A stretch of DNA of 64,000 nt from positions 78,802,001 through 78,866,000 of the forward strand of contig OZ024743.1 of NCBI GenBank assembly GCA_964016885.1. Reading direction: 5' to 3'. The notes beneath the pieces were generated by a model. The model was not told the origin of the DNA, did no database searches, and worked only from the letters and a program-made list of their open reading frames with translations. The stretch comes from Eledone cirrhosa (taxonomy: Eukaryota). The translations under genes were made by a program, and so were the position numbers. Of the stretch, positions 41,205 to 54,494 are shown in pieces; position 1 is the first letter of the stretch, and each line of letters begins with the position of its first letter.

Positions 41205-42606
41205 ATAACACCACCCACACCACTTCCACCCCATCACCAACACCACTAGCATCACTCCCACCCCCACCAACACCACTAGCATCACGTCCACCCCGCCACC
41301 AACATCACCTCCACCCCACCACCAACATCTCCCCACCACCACCATCACCCACCACCACCACCAACACCCTCATCACCAATACCACCACCGACACCACCCT
41401 CACTACCAACACCACTAGCACCAACAACAACACCACCACCACCAGCACCACCACCATCACCCACCACCACCACTAACACCACCACCATTAGCACCACTAA
41501 CACCACCAACAACAACAACATCAACACCACCACCACCACCACCAACACCACCATCACCACCACTACCACTACAACTACCAAAACCACCAACACCATCACC
41601 ACCAACACCACCACTAACACCACTAACACCACGACGACCACCACCACCAACACCACTAACACGACCAACAACAACACCACCACCAACAACAACACCACCA
41701 CCACAATCACCACCACTAACACCACTAACACCACCAACAACATCAACAACACCACCACCAACAACAACAACACCACCACCATCAGCACCAACAACAACAC
41801 CACCACCACCAACAACAACAACACCACTAACACCACCACCACCACCACCACCACCACCACCACTAACACCACCACCAACAACATCAACAACTCCACCACC
41901 AACAACAACAATACCACCACCACCACCACCACTACCACCACCAACACCACCACCAACACCATCACCACCACCACCACCATCACCACTAACACCACTAACA
42001 CCACCAACAACAACATCAACAACACCACCACCTACAACCCCCCCCACACCACTACCACCACCACCACCACCACCACCATCGCCACCATCATCACCTCCAT
42101 CACCACCACCACCACCAACACCTCCAACACCACCACCACCGCCACCACCACCACCACCACCACAACCTCCACCACCACCGCCACCAACAACAACACCACC
42201 ACCACAACCACCACCACCACCAACACCACCAACAACAACACCACCACCACCAACAACAACAACAACAACACCAACAACACCACCACCACCAACAACACCA
42301 CCACCACCACCACACCCACCACCACCACCACCACCACCACCACCACCATCACCACCACCACCACCACCACCACCACCACCAACAACAACAACACCACCAC
42401 CAACAAAAATAACAACAACACCAACACCACCACCACCACCACCAACAACACCACCACCACCACCACCACCACAACCACCACCACCAACAACAACAACAAC
42501 ACCCAACAACAACAACAACACCACCAACAACAACAACAACACCACCACCACCACCAACACCACCACCACCACCACCACCACCACCAACACCACCACCACC
42601 ACCACC

Positions 42607-42637
<31 letters not shown>

Positions 42638-42950
42638 CAACCACCAACAAAAATAACAACAACACCAACACCACCACCACCACCACCAACAACAACACCA
42701 CCACCACCACCACCACCACCACAACCACCACCACCAACAACAACAACACCCAACAACAACAACAACACCACCACCAACAACAACACCACCACCACCACCA
42801 CCACCAACACCACCACCACCACCACCACCAACACCACCACCAACACCACCACCACCACCACCACCACCAACACCACCACCACCACCACCACCAACAACAC
42901 CACCACCACCACCACCACCACCAACAACAACAACAGCAGCAGTAATAACA
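41205..42950 (+). repeat. ~1.7-kb (CAC/CAA)n compound microsatellite
   Basis: Continuous accaccacc/aacaacaac; explains the poly-V/G/W ORFs. Confidence 0.97.
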
Positions 42951-43119
42951 ACACTGCTATGAATGGTGGTATTACGTTACGAGAAAGAACCATTCTGAAA
43001 TATAATGAAAACACTTATGAGAGGCAAGAATGTCACAATTGAAACCTATGACAGAATTAAGCAAAGAAATCTAAGACACCAGCAGCAGCATTTTTACGAG
43101 AGTATCACAATATATATAT

Positions 43120-43169
<50 letters not shown>

Positions 43170-43253
43170 TTATGTATATATGTGTATATATTTGTATAAT
43201 GTATATATTATATGCATGGGTGTGTGCATTCTCTAGCAATAAATTCTGTTCCA

Positions 43254-43370
43254 ATGTTGAGTATGGGTAGTAGTTTACCGTTTTACTCTCCATTGCTGCT
43301 TCTTGGCTTTCTACTAATATTTTCTATTGAGAAAATCACACAAACGGCTCAAGACTTGCACATTGATAAG
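43254..43370 (+). CDS. Candidate signal-peptide coding exon
   Basis: MLSMGSSLPFYSPLLLLGFLLIFSIEKITQTAQDLHIDK ending at AAG|gtgaga; non-repetitive; same strand as the downstream protease exons. Confidence 0.4.
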
Positions 43371-43643
43371 GTGAGAAAATTATACAAATATTATATATCA
43401 TATATAGTTACACACTCACATATATCTATATCTATCTATACCCCTCCTCTCTCTCTCTTCCCCCGTCTCTCTCTCTCTGTATATATATACATATATATAT
43501 ATATAGATATATAATTGAATAAAAAAGAGAGATAAACACAGATATAAACATATATGTGTTCAACTCGAAAGGGAAAAAAACCCTTTCTTTGAGCTATTTA
43601 ATTGTAAGAGACTATTTTGAGTTTCTAACTCAATATATACCTT

Positions 43644-43743
<100 letters not shown>

Positions 43744-43941
43744 TCTCTCACTCTCGCTTTGTATCACACTTTCTTAACTTTGTGTTTAATCAGGACCAAA
43801 ATTATTAACTTCTCGCTCCATTGAGTGCTTTGTGACTGCCAGTATAGCTATCGGAGTATAGCTATCTGCTATACTGCGGCTACAACTTCGATTTATACCC
43901 AATACACACACACACAGATACACACACACACATCATATATA

Positions 43942-44057
<116 letters not shown>

Positions 44058-44227
44058 GGAAGAGATATATTCGATATGTCTCATATGAAATAATACAGCC
44101 AATTTTCCACACAATACATTTAGTTAGCACCCCGAACGCATAATTAGGAATATACTCACTTATTTCCTAATGCTTGTTGAGTGAGTTGGAATTTGGCCGG
44201 AGTATCGCTAAAAAGCTTTCTCCGATA

Positions 44228-44296
<69 letters not shown>

Positions 44297-44300
<4 letters not shown>

Positions 44301-44515
44301 TGTAATAAACAACATAAGACAATTATTCCATTTACCAAAGGTTTCACGAAGACAGACGAGTTCAACAGACGAGTTCAAATATCGTTCATCAGAATGAAAA
44401 ATGTAATATTTGGTAAATGGAACAATTGTCTTATGTTGTTTATTACATATTTAAATAGCTCTGTAGCATACCTAGAGCTCTCTCCTTTCCTTTACCCTTC
44501 CTACAGAAATACTTC
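44297..44515. mobile_element. Fold-back element with a hammerhead (family D) on minus at 44326-44398
   Basis: Minus strand ttcatt-CTGATGA-acga..tcgt-GAA-acctttggt-A-aatgga; arms 44300-44339 / 44409-44449 plus right tail. Confidence 0.82.
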
Positions 44516-44764
44516 ATATATATATATACAACTAGCCCTACGGTCTTGAGTTGCTCTTGGTAAGAGGTTAAAACTTTATAACTTTATGGAAGTCTAAACG
44601 TCCACATTAATTTAGTGTTCCATAAAGTTTCAGTACCTTGCCAAGTTGGTAGAGCGGGAGAGACTGTGTTACATTTACCAAACTGAAGATGTCTGATATC
44701 GAATGTAAATATATTTATATTGTTTAATGATTGAATCTAATCGATTATACATATATATATATCA

Positions 44765-45053
44765 AATATTTCCGTAGGAAGGGTAAAGAATAGGAGAGTG
44801 CTCTATGTATGCTACAGAGCTATTTAGTTATGTAATTAACAACATAAGACAATTATTTCATTTACCAAAGGCTTCACGAAGATAGACGGGCTCGACACAG
44901 ACGTCTGATGAGCGATTTCAGACGTCTGTGTCGAGCTCGTCTGTCTTCGTGAAACCTTTGGTAAATGGAATAATTGTTTTATGTTGTTTATTATATAACT
45001 AAATAGCTCTGTAGATTACATAGAGCACTCTCCTTTCCTTTACCATTCCTACG

Positions 45054-45062
<9 letters not shown>
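44765..45062. mobile_element. Second fold-back copy of family D; hammerhead core on plus at 44905-44970
   Basis: ~145-bp arms; CTGATGA-gcga..tcgt-GAA-acctttggt-A-aatggaa, with the apex at the 5' core. Confidence 0.85.
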
Positions 45063-45119
<57 letters not shown>

Positions 45120-45173
45120 GTGTGTATATATATATATAATATATGTATATATATATATATTATATATATTATA

Positions 45174-45225
<52 letters not shown>

Positions 45226-45263
45226 GTGTGTATATATATATATAATATATATATTATATATAT

Positions 45264-45347
<84 letters not shown>

Positions 45348-45988
45348 TTGTGTGTGTGTTCTGTTATATTATAAGACTTCTGTGATTGGAAATTAACTGA
45401 TTAGATCTAACACTGAACTGTCTTTTACCTGTCTTGCTGGGGACTACCTACAAAATCACATTTGAGCTTTGGATAACTCTTTGCCTTATATCGTCGTGTT
45501 ATCAACTTGTACTATTTCATATATATATATATATATGTAAATACACTCACACACACTCACACACATATATATATATATACTGGATGTCACTTCAATTTAT
45601 TGTTATATTTTCCCATGCGGTTAGTTTAAAAACCAGATAGTTGTTTAGTTGTTCATTGTTATCAGTTGACAACTACAATGTGTTATAACATATAACACAG
45701 ATAACCTGTTATTTTCCATGTCCAGTAACTTTGTTCAGAAACACACGCTCTTGCATTTCTGTTTATGGAATACAAATCTTGAGTAGTTCTTGTGTTTTTA
45801 CCTTTTGATGTTAAACAAATTATTGTTTTATTGTATTTCCTGAAGAGATACGGCTGGAAGTAAAACATTTATTGTGGAGTTAATTAACTGAGAATGTTCG
45901 GTTTTTCTCCACTTTTGGTGAAATATTCTGGCTGCATTGAAATGTTCGTAGATAAATAAATAACAATCCTTGGTCTTACTGAATTTTG

Positions 45989-46032
<44 letters not shown>

Positions 46033-46071
46033 CAAAATTCAGTAAGAGAAAGGATTGTTATATATATATAT

Positions 46072-46114
<43 letters not shown>

Positions 46115-46166
46115 CGTGGGAAAGTAAGAAATCGGAGAATAGACCGTTAAAACATGTTTATTAAAC

Positions 46167-46209
<43 letters not shown>

Positions 46210-46334
46210 AGAAAACGAAAATTCAGTGATGCATCTGAACTCAATTTTTCGTTTTCTATTCTATTATACTCTGCTCTGTAAGAGCATAGAGCTGAACCGG
46301 CATACCGCCTATGGAAGCATCTTAGCTAACATCA

Positions 46335-46441
<107 letters not shown>

Positions 46442-47559
46442 ATAATAATAAATTTGAAGACTAAAATCAAAAGAGGGCTCGATAAGGATAAATATATATC
46501 AAATATATAAGAACCGTAGAGAAAATATTTATTAAAATAACAGATTAAAGTTTAAGCAAAGAATCGCTGCTTTCACCCTTAACGGGATCTTCTGAAACTA
46601 AAAAAATCAATCTCTGAACGCAGAAGTAAATATTTCGAAAAGCGTTGCAACCAAAGGAAGACAGGAAGACGTTACTTTGGTTCGTGGAAACGTTCCCTGG
46701 CAAAGAACGTAAAAAAACGAAGATAATACTTCATTATTAGGAGCGCTGAAAACAATTACACGCAAAGACAAAACCACGAAAATGGTATAAATGAAGTCGT
46801 AGACTAAAATTCTATTTAGGAAACCGAATGATCCTCGGCTTTAGAGTTAAGAATAATGTAAATAAATTACAGAGGTAATTGAAATCAACAAAAATTAAAT
46901 ATATACATGCACGCATCCATATACGTACATACACATGCATACGCGAAAGCACCGCCATGGGTATGCAAATACAAGCACGTACACAAAAAACACGCACGCA
47001 CATACAAAACCCACGCAACGCCTGTACCCGCACACATACGAACGTATACACAAAATACACATAAAATATATATAAAAAAAAAATATATATATATATGTGT
47101 GTATGTGTGCGTGTATACATATAATTATATAAACGTATATAAATATACACACATAAATCCGTATATAACGCACGCACACACATACCTACATGTAAATACA
47201 CATATGTTCGCTAAACGTACGTCAACTAAAACAAAAAGTATACATATACACACACCCTACCTACATACGTACGAAGCCGCATGCTCACACAGACGCAAAA
47301 CTCACGTATACACATAACCATATGCACATGTACCAGTATATATAATATAATATATACCCCTATAACATATACAAGCAAATATACGTACGAGAAAGAATAC
47401 GTACCTTCGCAAAACATACAGGTAATATATACTTACCTATACAAATAAGTAATGGTATAAACATAAAATATACTTAGCTACCACATGAAGACGTAAAATA
47501 TCCGCGTATAGTTTGTACTATCCGTTAGGGTATAATGTGGGGCTGTAATACAGGAAAGT

Positions 47560-48608
47560 TTTGTGCAATTTATGTTTACAAGCCGAAATTGCCTCAGGTT
47601 TTTTGTTTAAGATGTGGTCTTTGGCGTAGAGTATTTCCAGGGTATTCAGCGGCGCAGAGGTCACATGGACTTTTATGTCCGTTATACGATCTAGCCTTAA
47701 CTAAGATCTCCCAGTGTAACTTATATTGGGTGTGTGGTTGTCTTTTAGACAACAGATATAAGCTGAAAGTGACGTCATATTCCTTCTTAAAGGGTTAAGA
47801 AAAGAATGGGTATGCATGTAAAGACGCTGCTTGAATCTATTGGCGGTTAACCCTATGTAGGCCCTACGGGACGTGGGTGTTTCAACCTTACATTTGTAGA
47901 CAATGTTACTAGAGAGGCATTTCCTGGATAGGGGTAGTCAACCCGATTCCTACAATTGCAGTTAGTACTAGCTACAGGGTTGCACGTGTCCCTACGGCTA
48001 GGTAGTTTAGCTAAATTTGAAGCTGTGATGTTATGTGCAAGGTTAGGAGTCGTAGAATAAGAAATTTTAATGGTATTTCTATTAAAAATGTTACTATATT
48101 TATGTGCTGGGGGAAATGCTTCATAATGAGGGAGAGAAAGATCTTAGCTAATGGTGTGGCCACCTCCATATTATATGGTGGGTTATATCATATAATGCGT
48201 CGGGATCTATTTTTCCTAGGTATATTCTCATACTCTGTATATGCTACCTTATCGACAAATCCACTCGGAGCAAGAGCTTCATTGTAATATGTGGAATGGT
48301 CAGTGAAAATATGCTCGTTTGTAGATAGACGGGAAAGCCCCAAAGAAACGTTTCTTACCAGGTTCTTGGTTATGCTGGCAGGATGGTTAGAATGCTTACT
48401 TATGTAATTAAGTGTATCATTCGGCTTTCTATACGGGTAGTGCAAGCCATTCGAAAAATTGAGGATAACGTCGAGGTAATTAACGACCAAGAGGTTGGCC
48501 TCAACCTGTATGGAGAGGTTGAAGCCTTTAAAGAAGACTGTGAGTTCTTTTCTGAACCTCTCGCAAGCACGTGGGCCGCACTTTGTCAAGGTCAAAAGAC
48601 CGTCGTTA

Positions 48609-48610
<2 letters not shown>
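47560..48610 (-). mobile_element. Penelope-like element of Naiad type, decayed fragment
   Basis: VNYLDVILN, PYRKPND..YISKHSNHP, RSRRII*YNPPY, CNCRN. Confidence 0.82.
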
Positions 48611-48657
<47 letters not shown>

Positions 48658-48838
48658 TACTAGCCTTACAGGGGGTCCGACGAGCCGCAGATTATAGAGT
48701 CGGGTAAGATCGATATAGATCAAACCTGGAGCTGATCAGTGGCGAAACGCGCGTCACCAACCAATAAATGTAATGAAGGAGTAACCGATCGTCCTTGTTA
48801 TCTTTTTACTATATATATATATATATATATATATAATA

Positions 48839-50153
48839 CTTTCTGAACCGTCCGGCTGGCGCTCTGCTAGGTATACCGGCATTTTATCTTTTCAGGAATC
48901 TCCCTACACTCAGTCCAGTGCAAATATACCGCACGCCCTCTCAAGTCAGCGGGGGGGGGGGGGGGGGGGGTTAGCGTGCTCTGGGTGTTGTGTTTGAACA
49001 GTTTTTAGGATTCCCCAATTCGGCAGCCAGTACGTTAAAGAAAATTGATAAAATATTTAAATTACATTGTTAGAGCCTCAGAGTATACAATATTTTTTGT
49101 TCGGCCCTCCGGAGTAAAGATGAAGAGATTGTTTGGCGGGCTCATTCTAGAGCATCCTACATTCAATTGACCATGGGAGAATCAGTGATCTCGTAGCTCG
49201 TCTCGCGGAGAAGCTCTGTAGACGTTGACCTCTGGACCCTCCTGTCAGGAGCAGGTAAGCTGTAGTGGCTTAGAGGCCTACCACCAATCTCCAGGTTACT
49301 GTTTTCAAGACAAATGAGCGCCTCATTGAAAACGACATCGTATGTTACGTATGTGTCTGCATGTGCGGTGGAGGATGTCCTCAGCTAGACTTTCGCGGTG
49401 GTTGTTCTTCAGTGCGAGAGGGTCGGCGAGATCGCAGTTGTGCAGCATAATAGCAAAAAGTTTTCGCAGTTGAGAAGGGACTTTAGCAGTTGCTGCTTCG
49501 TGCAGGGTGAGGTGCCAATGGCTGTCATCGCGTAACATACCACGCATCTGGCAAGCCAAACGTAAGTGAAACATTGATGGCCATTGATGCTTCTCAGATC
49601 TTGGAAAGACTGTGGTCTTCTAACCTCAAACAGTAACACTGACGATAAGCCGTCTGTGCTTTCGTGAAATAAATAGGTTTTTGTTTTTGTGTATGCAAAA
49701 ATATCTGTACACGAATATATATATTATAACAGATTAAAGTTTAAGCAAAGAATCGCTGCTTTCACACTTAACGGGATCTTCTGAAACTTAAAAATTCCGT
49801 CTGTGAACGCAGAAGTAAATATTCCGAAAAACGTTATCTAATGCAGACAGCCAGAAGGGCGCTACGTTATAGCTATGTATCTATCTAAAAAGACAGACTA
49901 AGAGAAAGAGGGGGAATGTTGTGCGATGTCATAAGAAAAAGTGAGGAATGTTGTATAACTGGAAGAGTTGACATTTGAAATTTTAAAGAAGTGAATATTT
50001 AAATAATGTCTTTAATCGTTTAACAAAATTCAGTAGACAAAAATACCCTCACTTTTTTACATGGAAAAAGTTACATCTATGGTGCAAATTTTGGTCCAGC
50101 CGATTGGCGGAAAGTTTGTTACCTACATACGACCGTCAGCTTTATAGTATAGA
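48839..50153 (-). mobile_element. Internally deleted Helitron
   Basis: 5' end A|TCTATACTATAAAGCTG; RepHel remnants LLFEVRRPQSFQDLRSING and ACQMRGMLRDDSHW..EAA..PSQLRKLFA; Pif1 motif FSHGQL at ~49160-49180; GC-rich 3' subterminal region with a degenerate CTAG. Confidence 0.78.
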
Positions 50154-50200
50154 TTATTCAAAATTTTAATAAATGAGAAATATTATCATAACCAAAATAT

Positions 50201-50265
50201 ATATTTTATTATACATATTTCAAAGGTACAATGGTGTTTCAGTACGTTTTCATCAGATAAAATAT
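50201..50265 (-). ncRNA. Type I hammerhead ribozyme (family A)
   Basis: Minus strand atattttat-CTGATGA-aaacgtactgaaacaccattgtaccttt-GAA-atatgtat-A-ataaaatat: perfect 9-bp stem I. Confidence 0.85.
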
Positions 50266-50431
50266 ATAAGAAATTGGTTATACGACATACCGCTAAGGTA
50301 CTTGAATCTTCAATATATATATATATATATAAGCGAACAATTCTACTGAAAGTTTGAAATAAACGGCAACATTAATACTTTGTGAAGGCGTGTGGCTGAG
50401 TGGTTATCCTTTTGATGATGATCATCATTAT

Positions 50432-50622
50432 CGGTGGATTGTCAGTATCGGTAGAGGGTCGGACGCCATGCTTTGACGTATAGAGTTACAGCCCTTGCCA
50501 TTCTGAGTTCAAATCCCGCCGAGGTTAACTTTGCTTTTCATCCTTACGGGGTCGATAAAGTACAGTACCAGTAATACACTGGGTAATTGCTGGCCTTGTG
50601 CCAAAAGTAGAAACAATTATTA
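50432..50622 (+). mobile_element. Nin/Deu-like tRNA-SINE followed by (CAC)n
   Basis: Same consensus as 19308-19492. Confidence 0.85.
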
Positions 50623-51159
50623 TAATCATCATCACCATCCCCAACAACAAAATCACCAACTAAAACATCACTATCACCACCGACACCACCACTACCACCA
50701 CCACCACCAACACCATCACCATCACCACCACAACCACCACCACCACCACCACCACCACCATCACAACCACAACCACCACCACCACCACCACCACCACCAC
50801 CATCACCACCACCACCACCACCACCACCAGCCCCGTTCACCACCTAACAACCCCCATTATGGTCCTTTAACAATAAAACCCCCGAAGAATGACCTTGGTG
50901 TCTCAACAGAACAGGAATAACCATTTCATAAGAGGAGAGCCAGTTGTTTATGTAAGTGTTGTTGTTGTTAAAGTCCTTTCAGGCTAGTTATGTCTGAGAC
51001 AAGTGGTCTCAGATGACGGCTTTAACCGACTTTACTTGACTCCGACACAGGAGAGGGCGGCTATAGTAAACCTTAAAACAATACAGATAAAAATAGTTGA
51101 CGATACACTGAAATGTCAACAGCCTTCCTCCATTAAAACGACCAGTGTGAGAATAATGA

Positions 51160-51331
51160 TAATAGAGAGGGAGGGTTGTGCGGAGAAGAGAGAGAGAGGG
51201 AGAAGAGAGAGGGGGAGAAAGGGAGAAGAGAGGGAGGGGAGAAAGAGACAGGGAGGGGAAGAAAGAGAGAGTTGTGGGGAGAGAGAGAAGTGAGAGTTGT
51301 GGGGAGAGAGAGGAGACAGAGGGGGAGAGAC

Positions 51332-51365
<34 letters not shown>

Positions 51366-51600
51366 GTGGGGCGAGAGAAGAGAGAGAGGGGGAGAGAAAG
51401 AGTTGTGGAGAGAGAGAGAGAGGGGAGAGAAAGAGAGAGAGTTGTGGGGAGAGAGAGAAGAGAGAGAGGGGGAGAGAGAGAGAGAGAGAGAGCGAGAAAG
51501 AGTTGTGGAGAGAGAGAGGGGGTGAAAGAGAGAGTTGTAGGGAGAGAGAATAGTAGTAGTAGTAGAAGAAGAAGAAGAAGAAGAAGAAGAAGGTGGAGGA
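51160..51600 (+). repeat. Purine-rich (GA)n / gagagttgtgggga low-complexity tract
   Basis: Direct reading. Confidence 0.9.
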
Positions 51601-51829
51601 AGGATACGGGTGACATCGGAGTCCATTACTCCCCCCGTGCCCTTAGAGACTAATGAAGGATAAAGTTCTGCAACAATACGACTGTTTATATAGAAGAAAC
51701 CTGTGTATATATATATATATTGTTTTGCTTTGGGAGGGTCATGTTGCCAATAAGAAACACACGCACCAGTTATTTTCACTCCAATTTATTATAAATTAAA
51801 TTTATAAATTTAAGAATTTATAAATTTCC

Positions 51830-53860
51830 AGTTGTTTGGTTGGTTCCATAACCGGACGGTTGTTCATATATTGTCAAAGTTCTTTCGTCACACATTCTGT
51901 GACTTCTTCAGTGACTGGGGATTCTTTTCTTTGTTTTGTGCCTCTCCTTTGTTCTGTCCTACGCCATCTTCGTTTTGTGTGTGTTGTGTGCTTAGTTTGC
52001 GCATGTGTTACATCCGGGTGTCTGTGTGTGTTTTTATTTGTTTATTTATTTGTTCATTTACATGTTACTGGTTGGTTGTTTGTTCTATGTGTGTGTGTTT
52101 TCATTTTCTCCTTAATTGTAAGTTGTGATGTTGCTATTCCATTCATGTTTTCTATTTAATTTTGGTTGGAGTTCATTTATGTTTATTGCCTCTGTGATTG
52201 CGTCTTTTCTGTGTGTAGATTCTATTTTTATTTCTATGTTCTCTAATTTGCCCTTATGTTCTATTTTAGCATGTTGGTGGAGTATTGATGATTCTTTTTT
52301 ATCTTGAAGTTCTCTTCAGTGTTCATTTAACCGTTCTTCTATACTACGAGCTGTCTCACCTATGTACACTATATTCTTATCTTTACATTGTCCTTCAGTA
52401 CATATTATGCTATATACTACATTTCTAGTTTTACAGTTAATATGGGGGCTTAGTTTACAGATTATGCATTTATTATCTATACAGGGAGGTCTTTGAAAAG
52501 GGTATGTATTGCTAATAAGTGTTTTTATGGAGGTACCTGGTCTTTCTACTATCTTAATATTAAGTTTATGTTTATCTAGGGCCCTTCTAAATTTGTAAGC
52601 TAATTCACCTCTAGGGGTTGTATTGATGAACATTACACTCTGGTACTTATTGCTATCATACCATGAGTTTATTCTATTAACCTTATTCCTAGTTCTTTCT
52701 ATTCTATTCCAAAATTTGCTCCTATACAAGGGGCAGGTCCCATTTGTATCATTATTTACCATTTTTTTCCATTTGGTTCTGACTCCTCTATATACTCTGA
52801 TTTTATCTCTCTGATTGTAACCAGAGAACTGCATACGGTGGTTGAAGTGTTGTATGTGTCTCTCTAGTTCTTTGGGGTTGCACATGCGAGACACGTTTCT
52901 CATCACCCGTACCAAATCCGCAATCAGTATGTTGATTTTGGTGTGATCCGAAACAGCTGAGTTTCGGTGGATCAGATATTTGGAAGTCATGGGTTTGGCA
53001 TAATGGGAATGGAGGATTTGTTTTTTTGTTATTAATGGTTTCTAACCAGAGCTCTGTGTCTAGTACAGGTAATCGATAGTTGGGGTGTTTGCTTGGGTAG
53101 TCTATAGTAACTCTAATACTCTGGTGGATGGAGTTAGCTATTTGCTGGATGCTTTCCATGGTGTTTTTCTCTAATTCCTGACTGTTCTCTAGTGGGGATG
53201 TTTTTACTACGATGTTTATATCATCAACGTAGCGGGAGTACATTATCAGGGTTAAGAGGTTGCTGTCTTCTAATTGTTCTTTAAGTTTAAGTTTAAGTTT
53301 ATTGTCCCACCATACCATGAATAGGTTAGCTATGTCACCTGCAATGCTAACACAAATGGCTGCTCCCTCCTCTTGGGCATATGTTTTTCCATTAAATTTG
53401 AACATATGTTCCTTAAGGGTTAATTTTATACTGGCCCCCACCGCATGTGCAATCATTTTCTTTAGTTCATCGTGGTTTTCGGGGGTCCGTATGACTCTGG
53501 TCCACCCGTTCCATCTTTCTGTGTGGGTTTTCTTGACCATTGAGGTAATGGTAGGTGGTCTGCCTCTGGCTGGTCTTGTAGGGCACATGTTGCTAAGGTC
53601 ATATGTATCTAGATAATCATTACTATAGGTAAGTTTTAATCGGAGTCCCAGCTCACTGGTATCAATCCCACCGAATTCAACATTGCTCTCACTGATCATT
53701 TCTACGCATTTCTCCACAGCAAAATCCACGTCAATGGGTGGATATAGGGACACAACATCCATACTACCTAGTATACAGTTTGTTAGGTCCCTAGATCGGT
53801 TATTTTCGCTGATTCTACTGAGGAGGTCCTCCGTGCTGTCTGGGGACATTTCAATGGATA
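51830..53860 (-). mobile_element. Penelope-like element: RT (53849-53000) + GIY-YIG (52990-52150) + 3' hammerhead
   Basis: GSMDVVSLYP, EGAAICVSIAGDIANLFM, YSRYVDD, LPVLD; C-x4-C-x2-C linker, NVVYSIICT..YIGETARSIEERLNEH; frameshifted. Confidence 0.92.
51873..51915 (-). ncRNA. Minimal hammerhead (family C) at the PLE 3' end
   Basis: Minus strand gtca-CTGAAGA-a-gtcaca-gaa-tgtgac-GAA-agaact-T-tgac. Confidence 0.8.
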
Positions 53861-53955
53861 GTCAGCGAATTTTCGGACCGTCAATGTGTGATTTCCATGG
53901 GTATGTCATTATTTATAAAACCAATTTTGTATTTTATCTAATGAAAGCGCACCAA

Positions 53956-54006
<51 letters not shown>

Positions 54007-54494
54007 AGTATGTATACGTACATACATATATGTATACATACGTACAGTAGTATGTATATATATACATACATGCACACATATATATATGTACGTATGGATT
54101 CTCCAAACATTTATTATAATGCTCGGTGTGTTTGTATTTAAGTACCAGCCGTACTAAGAGTGAGAAATGAAATTTCGTTTCATTTTTTCCGTTTATATAT
54201 ATATGTATATATATATATATATATTATGTGTATATAAATGAAGCTGGGATTTCGTATGCTTTCGTGTTAGTGTTAACAATAACTGAGGTCAGTAGTCTTA
54301 ACCCCTCCCTACCTACTCCCCATACTCTCCCCTACGTACCCTACTCCATACCCACTGTTCACCCACGTGGTTTAGGGTTCAGAATGCCTGGTACCTTGGG
54401 TAAGTGTCCCTTTTCTATTGCCTCCTTTTGACGAATGTCTTCTCAGGGAAATGTGTAACTGGTTTAGAATGGGTATAATATATCCCTGTGAATA

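Noticed and set aside
41345-43014. Long poly-V/G/W/T ORFs as real proteins (e.g. mucin)
   Set aside because: Pure (CAC/CAA)n with frame-breaking irregularities and no splice or domain evidence.
45690-45870. Non-repetitive stretch as a further protease exon
   Set aside because: No convincing splice pair or recognisable peptide in any frame.
48188-48190. In-frame TGA in the Naiad-type fragment as selenocysteine
   Set aside because: It replaces the Trp expected in IIWYNPPY, so a TGG-to-TGA decay mutation is simpler.
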